From assembly GCA_951406725.2 (NCBI GenBank), contig OX597816.1:41354001-41418000 (forward strand): a stretch of 64,000 nt of DNA, in the 5' to 3' direction. Both the position numbers and the translations under genes were made by a program. The DNA is from Octopus vulgaris. Its lineage: Eukaryota. Below, in pieces: positions 37,273-51,547 of this stretch (within the stretch, counting starts at the first letter, position 1; the number at the start of each line of letters is the position of its first letter). Under the pieces are notes generated by a model. The model saw nothing but the letters and a program-made list of their open reading frames with translations, was not told the origin of the DNA and made no database searches.

Positions 37273-39030
37273 GTATATAAATATAACTTCGTTAAATAAC
37301 GCAATGCAATACGCGTGCACAATAAGTGCTCAATTTCGTTAAACACTGAAACTCCGATTCAATTGCGATTAAAACAAAATTGTTTTGTAGCTGCCTAGTA
37401 ATGAATAGGCATATGTGGTTCGTCATTGAGCGGGTAGATATATATCAGCGATTGGACTATAAAATTATTATCACGTATTTCCTTATATCATGGCATGAAT
37501 TGTATGACATTGAATGAATTACATAACATATCACAACACATGGAATTAAACTATAATCCTTTTACGGAAGCAATTGTTATGTCAGTTTATATTGTCCTTT
37601 AGTCATTTAAATTTAGTATATTATATTAGAAACGAACTTCAATCTTTCTTGCTTGCAATGTTACACTGCCAATCTAGCGCATTATGAATTAAATCCCCTG
37701 AAATTTGAATGAAAACGGAATAAAACACGTTTCGCATAAATCTTGAGATATTGGGGTTTTGGGGGTGTTTGAAGCCCCAAAATGGTGCATAATGGGGAAA
37801 TACTCCGAAAATTACGTAACCCTGAAAGGGAAGAATCTCTATCACATCTAGATCGTCCTATAGGACGCCACCTCATAAGGGTTTTGTTTGCGCATACTAT
37901 AGGGGTCTCAAGGCACTGCTCCATCTGTTCCCGCAGTTTCCATCTAACTAAGAATATTTGGTTCTCATCCATTTTCCTCTATTCTAAATCCTCTGCATGA
38001 CTTCCTGCTAGTTCAAAACCAGCAATCTGATCTGTTAGGTCCTGCTGACAACTAAATCCACGCCCTGCTGTCGACGCCTCGATTTATTGTCGTTAAAGTT
38101 GTGTCTGTTTCCTAACTTTCGAACTGTCTTTCCTGGTAAGACCTGCCTGAAGATTTCTCTTCCTCCAGCATACCTCTCCGGATCAATGGAGTACACAGGC
38201 GTTTCACCGCGACAAAGTACTTGTTGAACTGCCGTTGACTACACAGTAGTGCTTCCACCCGACTGGTCTTATTTTTCGTCCGGCAGGGTGTCCACCAATC
38301 AATGACTAGAAAAATACGGTAAATAATTCGGAAAAGACCCGATCGGAATCTCGATGTGAACAATATTTTCTATAAGTTTTTTTTCGAGTACATTCTAGAA
38401 AGATTTGGCTGCTATTTCTAGCATTCTCTGGTAGCACGTAACAGCTATTTGCAATACAGGACCCGAAATACCCGTTACGTGGGAGCAAGGCGCTCAAGAC
38501 ATAGCAGCCAAGTATTTCGCCGCCTTTTCATATATAAAACGCCATAGAGGGTATTAAAACGTATGGACAGACACACGATACAAATCGGACAAGAGAAGCA
38601 ACAATTAGGACAGGCAAAGAAAGACAGGTCATTCTTGACTTTCTTTCATCAGTCAAGTCCCAGAAGTCACGACCTTTTAAGTTAGTTACACTTGAGAGGG
38701 TTCGATCTGGTTGCAGTTCAGACTCAGTTATAACGTGCATTGACCACCACATCAAATACACCTGATTAGTCCCAGATCCTCCACTTTCTTCGGACAATTA
38801 ATATATTCCTATTTTATTAAGCGTGTAACTACATATGAGGAAAGTATAGCAACTTGTCGAATTTATCTTCCCTTCACTTCCTGAAAAGCTAACAAATACG
38901 ATATGTTTAGGAGTTTTTCGAAAACATAAATATTTCATAGATAATTTCATTTCTACATCATTTCATGATATTATCTAAGTTTCCGATGCATACGGAGGTG
39001 CATTTGAGTTAGTTTCTTTTCCACTATACA

Positions 39031-39141
<111 letters not shown>

Positions 39142-39394
39142 GTGTCTATCTGTCTGACTATCTATCAATCTGTCTGTCTACTAACATATATTTCCACATG
39201 TCTAACCACTGCATCTATGGGTGCATGTATATACATATATATATATATATATCTGCGTTTGTGCATCTACATATATATGTAAATATATAAGCATATATGA
39301 ATGTAAATATATGTCTGTATGTGTGAGTATGTGTATATGTATGTGTAGATGCGTACGTGTGTTTGTGTGATTGTGGAGATGCACTACCAGAAAG

Positions 39395-39430
<36 letters not shown>

Positions 39431-40082
39431 GCAGTCGTGCATTCATGCGCACGTACATATCTTAAAAGACTACATTTGTCTATTACATCCCTGATATCTC
39501 ACCTGCAATGAGTTATTAATGATTTCTTAATTTTGTTTTATTTCTCCACAAATCACACATGCCTATGTATGATATACACCTATAACCATTCTAATTGCAT
39601 TATCTATCGCAGACAGCGAGAAACACAATTATAATTTTCTTTTGGACACTATAAATCATAACATTAGCCATACACGAATTTTATAACTGAGTTATTTCAA
39701 TACGATTCATCATCTTTCAGGGATAGGCATAATGTATTATCAAATAATTATTTTGTCATATTTTAAGTTCAATCTTAAGAAATTAACTTTTATTCAAATT
39801 ATGGTTGTTCCTGAAAAAATTCCATTCAGCATGTAGCTTTTTGTTTTGCTGTTTGATATTTTTAGTTGCGTTTCTTTATTTGATTATTGCATATTACATT
39901 TACTACATATGACATGAGAGGGAATTATGGATGTAGATAGGGAAGGACGTAAGTATTATAAGGAAAGAGATGATGAACGATGAAGCGAAGATGCGGTAAG
40001 ATGAATATAAATATCCCTGTTATTGTATCTGCGCATCTCTACGTCTCTGCCTGCCTGTCTGTCAGTATGTCTGTCAATCTAT

Positions 40083-40195
<113 letters not shown>

Positions 40196-40235
40196 CATAT
40201 ACAAGCATATATACGTGCATATATATGTTTATTTA

Positions 40236-40286
<51 letters not shown>

Positions 40287-40288
<2 letters not shown>

Positions 40289-41643
40289 CAAAACTGGGAG
40301 GGAGGAAGGGAAGTGGGAGGACGAAACGACGAATCGAATTGACCCTACGCGAACGCGCTGTCAGACAATAACGTAATAAATAAAATATATGCATGCATAC
40401 AAACATATATGTACGTACCTACATCTACATGTATATATACATGCATATATAAATATATATACGTGAGTACAGGACACTGCAACTAGACGTAGAACTCAAC
40501 GAAAAACGAAAACGGACAAGCCATATTTTTACAATAAAAAAACAGAGACGAAACGGAAACGGGAAAAACATTATTTTTTACAACAGAAAAACAAGGTACA
40601 GGACAAATCACACAGGAAAAATCCCCAGTTCATCAGCTGTCTCTAGCTAACTCAAGCGTGTTTCGAAGGATAAAACAGGACACGACTCGTCAACTAGTCC
40701 TTCATTGCGAGAGAATTAAAATACAATTTCCTCGCATAGGGGCAAAAACAGACAAGAAAAACATGTGACAAAAACAGGTCGTAAAAACGATACAAATGCA
40801 AAATAAAATACAAGATAAAAATACACGTACAAGAAAATACAGAACGAGAAATAAAAAGAAAATACAATACGAGAAATCAAAAGACAAGAAAACAAACGAG
40901 AAAAACAAAACGAAAAGGCCTTTGTTTGGCAAGACGAGGATGTTGTAGTAGCAGCGCAAGGGAACACGTCCTTTCAGCTTGAAAGCAGGAGGCGAAAGGA
41001 AGTGGCCACGAGTGGCGAAGATGAGGAAGAGAGAGGGAGAGAGAGAGAGATAGAAGAAGAGAAGCGGCAAGAGAGAGAAGGGGAAAGAGTGAGCAAGAGA
41101 GAGAGAGAGCGGGGAAGGCAAAGCAAAGGGAGAGAATTATCGCGTCTCAATTATATATAACAAAACTGGGAGGAAAGGAAGTGGGACGAAACGACGAATC
41201 GAATCGACCCTGACGCGAACGCGCTGTCAGACAATAATGTAATAAATAAAATATATGCATGCATACAAACATATATGTACGTACCTAAATCTACATGTAT
41301 ATATACATGCATATATAAAAATATATACGTGAGTACAGGACACTGCAACTAGACGTAGAACGCTTGAGTTAGCTAGAGACAGCTGATGAACTGGGGATTT
41401 TTCCTGTGTGGTTTGTCCTGTACCTTGTTTTTCTGTTGTAAAAAATAATGTTTTTCCCGTTTCCGTTTCGTCTCTGTTTTTTTGTTGTAAAAATATGGCT
41501 TGTCCGTTTTCGTTTTTCGTTGAGTTCTACGTCTAGTTGTAGTGTACTGTACTCACGTATATATATTTATATATGCATGTATATATACATGTAGATGTAG
41601 GTACGTACATGTATATTTGTATGCGTGCATATATTTTATTTAT

Positions 41644-41646
<3 letters not shown>
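40287..41646. mobile_element. Non-coding PLE-type element: about 872-bp unit in partial tandem plus 286-bp inverted arm, in (TA)n
   Basis: 40287-40494 repeats at 41159-41360; 41361-41646 is the reverse complement of about 40373-40658; contains CAGCTGATGAA; (TA)n on both flanks. Confidence 0.85.
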
Positions 41647-41693
<47 letters not shown>

Positions 41694-41711
41694 AATAAAC
41701 ATATATATGCT

Positions 41712-41779
<68 letters not shown>

Positions 41780-42242
41780 CATACATACATATATATATAT
41801 ACACATCTACAAATATATGCAATTTATGATTAATTTGAATAAGCTACTTAAAAGTAAGCCACCGGTGTAGGTCAGAATAAAATGCATACACAGCAATTAT
41901 AGACGAATACCAAGACCGGTACAGAAGTACATGTAGAAACATATTCAGCTTATATATGAAATTAATTGAAAGTAACTGAGTATATCATCAGCTCTTGAGA
42001 TATTCAGAAACGTATATCTTATTAAATATGCGATCTATAATATACTTCGGAACACGCGAGGGACAGCTTTCCAGAGAAGTGAATTATAAATATATAAACG
42101 AACGAGGCACAGGTGTCAATTCATTACAGCCATAGAATCTAGGGTGACCGTCGTTCGTGGAATCACGAAATATGTATATAGCACGGATGAAAATTTACTT
42201 TCTAAAGTGTCCTTGATATTAAAATTCGTGTATTCATCTGAT

Positions 42243-42660
42243 ACTCTTTTACTCTCTTTTACTCTTTTACTTCTTTCAGTCATTTGACTGCGGCCATGCT
42301 GGAGCACCGCCTTTAATCGAGCAACTCGACTCCGGGACTTATTCTTTTGTACTTATTCTATCGGGCATCTTTTGCCGAACTGCTAAGTAACGGGGACATA
42401 AACACACCAGCATCCGTTGTCAAGGGATGTTTTGAGGCTCAAACACAGAGACACAAACACACGCATATATATATATATATAGATATACATATATACGACG
42501 GGCTTCTTTCAGTTTCCATCTACCAAATCCACTCACAAGGCTTTGGTCGGCCCAAGGCTATAGTAGAAGACACTTGCCCAAGGTGCCACGCAGTGGGACT
42601 GAACCCGGAACCATGTGGTTGGTAAACAAGTTACTTACCACACAGCCACTCCTGCGCCTA
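42243..42660 (-). mobile_element. tRNA-derived SINE family B, full length
   Basis: Head GGCGCAGGAGTGGCTGTGTGG..GGTTCAGTCCC; (AGTAAAAG)n tail; other partial copies at about 12075-12185, 30085-30295, 57905-58070. Confidence 0.85.
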
Positions 42661-43738
42661 TGAAAACGTATTTTTAAAATGATATAATGTACTCACTCAT
42701 GGATTTTTAAAAAATCGTTAAGAACGACTGCAATGAAATGACAATTATCCATCAGTCCAGCATATACATACACACACATACACACACACACACACACACA
42801 CATACACACACACATACACATATACACACACACACACACACATACACACACACACGCACACACATATATATATATATATGTAAAGCATACATGCGAACAC
42901 TAATATATAAATATGCATACATTATACACACGCAAAGAGACACACAAGAAGTTTGGATCTCCGTCGGTTTCGACGATGACCATTGAATCAGTCAGTTCGC
43001 TTTGATTACGTAACTGCACACTGAATTAACGTGAAAATGCTGATAATTTTCCAAACTCATGTAACCGTTACCTTGACGTATCAGCATGACAGTGTGTGAA
43101 AGGCTACGCGTTTCAATTTACCTAAAAGATTATACAGTTTTCATCTAATCAGTTCCACTAATAGCAATTGTGTTGGTATGGGACGATATTATAAGACAAT
43201 TTTTTTCAAATGGTTTAGCAACCAGTTCGAACTCAGAGTCCTGTGGTTGTGAAGCAAACGTTTAAAATATTCATATATGCTGTCAATAATTGCATTTTGT
43301 TTTTTTTTTGGGGGCGGATAGCCAGTTTAGGAGGAAATATCGGCCATATCGTAGCAGAACATCGTTTCTTATATAGGCAGAAGCCGTGACAATTTGGGCG
43401 GGGTTAATGTCGATTACATCGACCCAGTAACTCAATATTGACCGGTATTTATTTTGCCGACCTCGATAAGATGAGGCACACTCGACCTCGGTGGTGGTGG
43501 CATATGATCCCAGAAAGCTAAATCGAAGGAAATTCCACTACGCATTTCTGTACGATGTTCTACAATTCTGTGAACTTACCGCCATAATAACTGGCAGATG
43601 ACAACAACAGACTATAACCATTAAGCATATAAACAGTTAGCGATACACTGTTTCATATCAATAAGCGGATGAGAACGTTAATTGCAACAGCAATAAGCGG
43701 CTTTTAGTACATACATGAAATATTTACTATATATACAT

Positions 43739-43790
<52 letters not shown>

Positions 43791-45366
43791 GATTATATTG
43801 TGTTTGTGTGTGTATATATGTGTATGACCACCCTTCGGTGTAGGAGTTCCTTTCTAAAAAGCAAAATTTTCTTTGGTGTTAAAGATTTTATATTCATCTT
43901 TTTTAATGAATTAACATGAAAGTTAAAAATAGTCCTTATATTTAACCTAACAAAAGCTCTCACTATATGATCAGAATATATTTATACTAAGAATGATGAG
44001 GAAATGACACATAATGTCTAAATGGATAAAGGAATAAACGTAATCTACATTGTCAATTCAAAAGTTATGGAAGAATAATCGGGTGCAACATATCCAGAAG
44101 GCATAAAGTAACTTCACCTCACCCATTAAAGGTATTTGCTCTCAATGCAGCATAGGCTATCGACGATTTTCCTTCACTGTTCGCAAATTTAGGTTGCTTT
44201 GCTGCTGCTCTGCCGTTTGGACTTCGCTTTTCATTGCAGCTTCCATGAGTATTTTGCTGCGAAGCGTCTTATCTTTCCCTGAAGATAAAAATCATTTCTC
44301 TTTCACCTCATGTTGGATTTCAATTGTCATAGGTACATCAGTAACTTTGCCTTCTTCTAGGTAGGGATTTTGGTCCTACTCAAACCCATTTTTATCTCTG
44401 AGGTGATACGACTAATATTAGTCCGACGTAATCGTCAGCACGCATGGCAAAATACTTGGCGGTATTTCGTCTGTCTTTACGTTCTGGTTTCAAATGTCAC
44501 CGGGGTCGACTTTGTATTTTATTCGTTCGAAGTCAACAAAATAAGTACCAGTCAAGCAATGGGGTCGATTTAATCGACTTAGCTTCGCGCTCAAAATTAC
44601 TGGCACTTCGGCAAAATTTCAAACTTGTATTAACTCTGGCCGCTAACCCTTGACATGTTCAGCTTGCGCTCGCTGCTATAGATCACGATATTATTGAAGT
44701 GAACAAGCTTCCACGTTGGAGGAATGTCTGGATCTTGTAGTGGACTTCGGATAACGATTGATAAAAAAAAATGTTTTAGGTTAAGCTCCCTGGAGACCGT
44801 TAATATGGAACAGAGGACATGAAAAGAATAAGATATGGATTAATGCATTTGATATTCATCTCGTGAAGTACGTTAGAAATGTATATAGAGATAAAAATCA
44901 ATGAAAAAAATTGGAACTCCAGTTTACGAAGCCAGAATTTATGTGAGAATAGGTTGGGGGAAGACGTTACAAAGCAGTGTAAAACAATGGTTGATTAAAT
45001 ACCAGATCCTGCATGAATATGAAATATTTAATAACTAATATGTGCATTTAATTATTAAACAAAACATATTTCAAATTCTTAATGAAATCATGTTCTTTCA
45101 ATATGACTCAAAAAATGCTCCAAAATATCAATTTTCAGTTCAAAGACTATTTCAATTTCCTGTCATGGATAATTAATTTGTGTATAAATATACACACTCT
45201 GCATTCAGATAATATAATTGTTCTGAAAATTCATTAAAACTATGTTATTATACAAACGGTTATGATTGTTCATTAACCTTTAAAATATATATTATCTAAT
45301 ACTAAGATATATATATTTAATCGTATGACATATCTCCGTATTGTTTATGAGAAATTCAAAATAATC

Positions 45367-45430
<64 letters not shown>

Positions 45431-45435
<5 letters not shown>

Positions 45436-45712
45436 CAAAATAAGCAACGAGAATGACTCCGGTAATTTGGTACAATCGTTTCGTATTACATGGTTTTATT
45501 AAATGTTGTAAGTATTACAACAGATGTTGTAATACTTACAACATTTAATAAAATGATGTAGTACGAACCGATTGTACCAAATTACCGGAGTCATTCTTGT
45601 TGCTTATTTTGATTATAATCACCCCACAAATTTTTATGGATAACACCATACAAAATTCTGGTGCATCTAAATTAAGTACCATATTCATTTGAATCTAAAT
45701 TGTTGCTGAACT
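45431..45712. mobile_element. Palindromic element (92-bp arms, 2-nt loop) with about 95-nt one-sided tail, between TA-rich arrays
   Basis: 45431-45522 is the near reverse complement of 45525-45616; unique extension 45617-45712. Confidence 0.75.
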
Positions 45713-45794
<82 letters not shown>

Positions 45795-45796
45795 GA

Positions 45797-45829
<33 letters not shown>

Positions 45830-45845
45830 CGTATGTATGTATACA

Positions 45846-46475
45846 CGACGGGGTACCCAAAAGAAGCCGAAATTTTGCAATAATATTTCATTCACCTAGA
45901 TGTACATGCTTACACATTTATCGCCTTCAAAGTATTCGCCATTTGAAGCAATGCATATGACCAGACGCGTTCTGCACTATCCGAAGAAGTACTAGAACTC
46001 TTGCCAAGTGATACCTTTTAATGCCTCCGTCGTATTTGTCTTCATCTCTTCCACATCTGCAAGTTCCGTAGCACCAGATTTCGTCACCATTCGAAAATAG
46101 ATCTGGATCAATAACCAACTGTACTTTCGGCTCACAGCACGCATTCACTCGTGCTGCAACTCTTCTTATTCGCAATTCCTCGCTCAAAATTCGATGGCTG
46201 GAGCTCCAGGACACACGAATCGTATAAACGAGTTGGTCGATCATCTGATGAACGCCCTTCAAGAGAAGATTATGAATTATCATGATGTCTTCATTCGTTC
46301 GGGAGGTGAACGCTCGCTCTGAACGAAGTTGGTCTTCAAACAAGAATTGATCACTCCTACAGCGTGGAAACCACTCGTAAGCTTGTGTTTTACTCACGGC
46401 TGAGGCGTTGTAAGCCGTTTGAAGCATGGCAGCTGCTTCGGCCGTCGTTTTCCCCAGCAGAAAACAGAATTTTAT
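45846..46475 (-). pseudogene. Internally deleted mariner transposase remnant
   Basis: FCFLLGKT..E...LQTAY..SKTQAYEWF..EDQLRS...RILSEELRIRRVAAR..GDEIWCYG plus C-terminal RFADVEEMK..CIASNGEYFEGD; TIR-like end at 45846. Confidence 0.85.
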
Positions 46476-46498
46476 ATATACATATATATACCCCCCCC

Positions 46499-46559
<61 letters not shown>

Positions 46560-47303
46560 CATTTATAAAACCAATTTCGGAAGCGTTGAATGTGTTGATA
46601 TATTACAAGGATATATTACGAAGGCAATCTTGCTCTACTATGAAAACAGCAGATAAAGATTAACCACGTATCCGCCCGCTGGCAACTTCAAACCTTGAAT
46701 ACCTAATCATTTTCTGTTGTTTCCATGGCTATACTGTGTTCGAAATTTATTTCTTGTGTATAAAATAAAAACATATTCAGCGCTTCCAAAGTGTTTTACG
46801 GAATGTACTCACATTCAAATAACTATGATTTAGTATTAAAATTGAGGATAATAGTTGTCAGTATCCGTTTAGCATTGTGGTTAGAGCATTCAGCCAGTAT
46901 TAGCGGCATTCGGAGTTCGCCTCCTAACCCTGGGTATATATACTCTAGGACTATTTATAAAGGAAAACGCGCAAGATATTTCAAAACATGTAAAATGTTT
47001 TCTATCTCTCATCCCTACATTTTTCCACTGTTAGAAGAAAATAAAAGCAGATTTGGAATTTTTAAATGAACTAATGTTAAAATCTCGTGTTATGGAGTGC
47101 TGAATAATCTAGAAAGAGGACGAAATATTGCTATGCACTGCTACCAGATACTTTAAGGACTTTATGGAACAAAGAAATGAAAGAATTATATGGAACGATG
47201 CATATGCTCTTCTCACTTTGATAATGATTTCTCATCATAAAAAGTAAAATTTAGTTAGGAGCGAATCTCTACATTTAAGTAGCAATTCTCAGAATTCTAC
47301 TGC

Positions 47304-47343
<40 letters not shown>

Positions 47344-47358
47344 TTAAATAAGTTATCA

Positions 47359-48061
47359 TCTATACATATAAATTTGACATGGGCGATTATTTCTTGTCTT
47401 TGGATTCATGGTCAAACAGCTGGGTGGAATTGCGCCCAAAATTATACAGATGTGTAGATTGATCCGGTGGCGTTATTGGACTTTGTATCTTTTTTCATAG
47501 CTCCTATGGTTGCCTTCTATAATAAAATTCTAGTGCCTATCAATGAGAAAGGAAGGCTGAATAAGGAAGGAAGGGGTGATGGCTTTGTTTTTTTTTTCAT
47601 AGCTCGCATGGTTACCGAGATAACCTACTATAATATTACTCTTGTGTTTATGAATAAGAAAGGAAGGGGTAATAGATGAATAAGAAGGGAAGGGGTGATG
47701 TCATACTTGGTATCTATATGATTGTTTGCGTACATACAACAACTTCACTGTCATATACTTGATTTTTTCATTCATGGTTAAGGTTCAGATTAGATCCAAT
47801 GACAACATTAGACTTTGATTACACAAATTAAGATAATCTTAGCTATATCGGAGAACTGAAATGCTCCAGTTACTTCAGCTATCGGCAAGTTAACATTTGT
47901 ATTAATTTGGGTGCTTTCTTTTTTTGTTTTGTTAATTTTTGTTTTCTTAAATATTTAGTTCTTTTAACATTTACTTTTGGTGTTTGAATACAAAGAGGAG
48001 GTAGCAGGTTATACAGCAACATCAACCAAACTACCCTGGTGAAACCGAGAAAAATAGCTAG
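47359..48061 (+). mobile_element. Probable non-autonomous Helitron remnant
   Basis: A|TCTATACATATAAA start; imperfect subterminal hairpin CCCTGGTGAAACCGAG then CTAG|T end. Confidence 0.5.
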
Positions 48062-48323
48062 TTATCTATAAAAATAATGATAGAGTGGCCTGCAAAACAT
48101 TATTCAAATAAGCAAAATTAGTAATAAATAGTCAATATACGATAAGTAACTGTTTGCTTGAAAGAGGAGTTAAAACCCTCCAAAACCACTCGACCCTCAC
48201 GAAATGTAAATACGTAATGAGAATATAGCCAACATTTCTCTGAGATGGTCCTCCCATTTGTTAAATAAATATAATAAAATACAAATATGATCATAGACGC
48301 GCACGGAGCAGTAATTTTTGAAA

Positions 48324-48589
48324 TCTATATATATAAAAGGGAAGTTGTGTGAGTGTCTGTCTCCTACGATTTAGATTCCTAACTACGATTTTAATGCATT
48401 TTTTTGCTATTATATAAGGGAAGTAACTCTCTAAAAATGTCTACGATGAGTCAACGATTTAAAAAAATGTACTATAATTTTTTTTCCATTTTTAATGCAT
48501 TTTTTTGCTATTTTTTGGCTATAACTCTCTAAAAATGCTTTATAGTTATTTCCCTTACTAACCCGAGCAACGCCGGGTGATACTGCTAG
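48324..48589 (+). mobile_element. Non-autonomous Helitron
   Basis: A|TCTATATATATAAAA 5' end, hairpin CCCGAGCAACGCCGGG, CTAG|T 3' end; removing it restores TTTTTGAAA-TACTTTATATAG, matching 49001-49023. Confidence 0.85.
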
Positions 48590-48605
48590 TACTTTATATA
48601 GTAAG

Positions 48606-48665
48606 TGTGGCTGACGAGCCTTAAGTTTTGGTTCAACACAGAAGGTGAAATCAATTGATCCCAGA
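48606..48665 (+). ncRNA. Type-I hammerhead ribozyme, copy 1
   Basis: TGTGG-CTGACGA-GCCTT...AAGGT-GAA-ATCAATTGAT-C-CCAGA: canonical core, palindromic stem III, AUC triplet, predicted cut after 48660. Confidence 0.8.
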
Positions 48666-49027
48666 ATGTCTATGATCTTATTTGTATTTTACTCTATGCA
48701 ATTTACGAATGGCTGGACTGTTTCGAGGAAATATATTTGCCATATTCTCTGTGCATGTTTACGTTTAGTGAGAGATTTGGAGGATTTTAACTCCTCTTTC
48801 AAGCAAACAGGTACTTATCATACCCTTACATTTTATGATAAATTTTACTTCTTTGAATAAAGTTTGCTGGCCCGTTTATCATTATTTTTATAGATAACGG
48901 TAATTTATTTGAATTTTAAAATTTATACTTGGCCACTAATGTTCGATTGAAAGTCTCGAGGGCCTTCAGTTGAACAACGCTCACGGGGAGGTAAATATGT
49001 TTTTTGAAAAAAACTTTATATAGTAAG

Positions 49028-49087
49028 TCTGGCTGACGAGCCTTAAGTGTTGGTTCAACACAAAAGGCGAAATCAGTTGATCTCAGA
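49028..49087 (+). ncRNA. Type-I hammerhead ribozyme, copy 2
   Basis: TCTGG-CTGACGA-GCCTT-aa-GTGTTG-gtt-CAACAC-aa-AAGGC-GAA-ATCAGTTGAT-C-TCAGA: all core nucleotides intact, stems pair; predicted cut after 49082. Confidence 0.85.
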
Positions 49088-51175
49088 ATGTCTATGATCT
49101 TATTTGTATTTTACTATATTTTTTAAAAAAAGGGAGGACTCTTGGAGAATTATGTTTGCTATATTCTCTGCGTGAGTTTACATTTAGTGAGAAACGAGTG
49201 GTTTTGGAGGATTTTAACTCATCTTTTAAGCAAAAAAGTGTTTATCGTACCCTAACTTTGGATTATGTGGGATTGAGATTTAGGAAGAAAGTTAGCTTCA
49301 GGCAATCGGTAGTAAATATAATCAAGATATCCTTAGCCTCAAGAGTAGCCTGCGGTATACATATCGCTTGGATATTTACCACTTCTAAGATTCCATTCGC
49401 TATGAAACATGTAGCCCGGATCTTATGTACTCCATTTCGCGGCTCGTCTGTATATATATATAAATATATTTATTTACACAGATATATATATATATATATA
49501 TATACATATCTATATATATACTTATGTATATATATAGATATATACAGAGGAAGAGAGAGGGAGAGAGGGTGATGGAAAGATAACTAGAGAGATAGGTAGA
49601 TCGATAGAAAGATATGAATGTATTTTACGTGCGTAATGGCTTTTGTTTTCTTCCTGTCATGTAGTTATAAATTTGTGTATCAACAAAGCAGCTAACATTA
49701 GCGGAGCGATAGGAATTATTGCAATGTATATATATATATATATATATATAAATATAGAGCATTGTTTATTGTTTACTCAAATATAAGTCATTCTTTTATA
49801 TAGTTTAGGGATTTGCCTTCTGGAGGACATGTGCTCAACCGATAAGAACTGGCAAGTACGCATTTGCATGCTGCTATTGAAGCTTTGTATCGAGATTACC
49901 TTTGCAATTACTGCTATTTCTCAGCATTCATATCCTCCGATAATTTCTCACGTACATGACCGTTTATGTGTATCAACATTCAGTAATGCTTTATTTAATT
50001 AGAATTATGCGTTTTGTAAAGAACATTGCAATATGCTGAATATATCACATAGCTTCTAAAGAAAACTTGAATGACAATATAAGCGAATATTATGCATAAT
50101 TCAGCGCATTCTTTTGCATATATCTGACAAGTATATATTTTATTACACCTCATAAAGATAACGCTATACTCTCATTCTGAATCACCAAACTTTATAGAAA
50201 GAGCTCTTCTACAAATAATATGTGGCATATGCATTCAATGACGAGCTGAAAATATGTCTGTGATAAAAATAAGTGAAGAAAATGCATATTATTCTATGTA
50301 TTTCCCCGTATTTTTCTGTCTTTCAAACCTCCGATAATAGGTACTTATTTCCAGTAATTGAAAATGCTGCAAATATGGGAAGAAATATTAGCTTTCTATT
50401 GATTATATGCATGCGTTTCTATCATATGTTTCGTGTTATGCTATTGCATTCTTTATAAAAAAAAAATCTTCTTACCCTTCAGCAAACTATTCCTTGGAAT
50501 TGAATTAAAAGGGATTCCAAATAACAACAAAAGAAAATGGAATAAAGAAGAAGAAACATAAACACGAAGCATTAACTTATATAGTGAAAGAACATAAATA
50601 TTTTGGAGGCAAATCGGAAAAGAAAGTGTCAACTGAGATAAAAGTTTCGATACATAATCTATTTATTCCTTCAATTATGAAACACAAGAATATATTTAAG
50701 ATAAATTCAAGAGAAAAATTAGAAGTTAAATTTACAAAACAATCCTTTTTAAATGCATAGGTGTAAAAAGAAGGCTCAACTCATAATGCTACCTGTTGTT
50801 GAGATAGACATATTCAGATGTTCATATTTGTTTCAAAAATATTTCCATGACTGCAGAATGTTTGTACCGTCTTTATTGCTACAGTAATATTTTTGTATAA
50901 TTACTAGATCAGAAATCTGAATGCTAAAGCAAATATAAAGTAATCAAATCTTGACTAACGATTTTCTCGATTTCCTTTTTTAACATCTAAAATACTGATA
51001 ATGTGTTCGCTTGCATGTGAGGCCAGCGTCAGAGAAATGGTAAAAGAAAAGAGATTAAATGTGAAAGACATTAAAGAGAGAAAATTGAAGATATTATTTG
51101 TATGATTTTAGGTAATGCATATGTGGTTAAGTATTTCTCAACCTTAGATCTGAATAGTGCCATTCCTTACAACAG

Positions 51176-51206
<31 letters not shown>

Positions 51207-51516
51207 TGTATGTATGTATGTATGTATGTATGTATGAATGTATGTATGTATGTATGTATGTATGTATGTATAGGTAGGTAGGTAGACAGGTAGATAAGTG
51301 CCAACGCACGTAACTCACGGAACTTAAGTTACTCTGTTGTTTTTGATAAATAATAATATACTGTTCCGTGATGATAAGATCGACAAAAGAAGTACTCCAT
51401 CTGGGTATTAAGTGGTTTGTGCCTGATAATTATGTTTGAGATATTTTTCAATATATGAAACTGTTAGAATAAAGAATATACATACATATCTAAGTGTGTG
51501 TGTGTGTATGTTTATA

Positions 51517-51547
<31 letters not shown>

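Larger units (their letters stand above)
48138..49257 (+). mobile_element. Retrozyme-like element: 422-nt tandem unit with two type-I hammerheads plus 5' inverted arm
   Basis: 48591-48830 repeats at 49013-49257 (offset 422); about 48138-48298 is the reverse complement of the post-ribozyme segment 48668-48820; interrupted by a Helitron at 48324-48589. Confidence 0.85.

Noticed and set aside
37640-38800. GC-richer block possibly from an LTR or DNA element
   Set aside because: No recognisable protein motif, paired LTR, TIR or TSD by eye.
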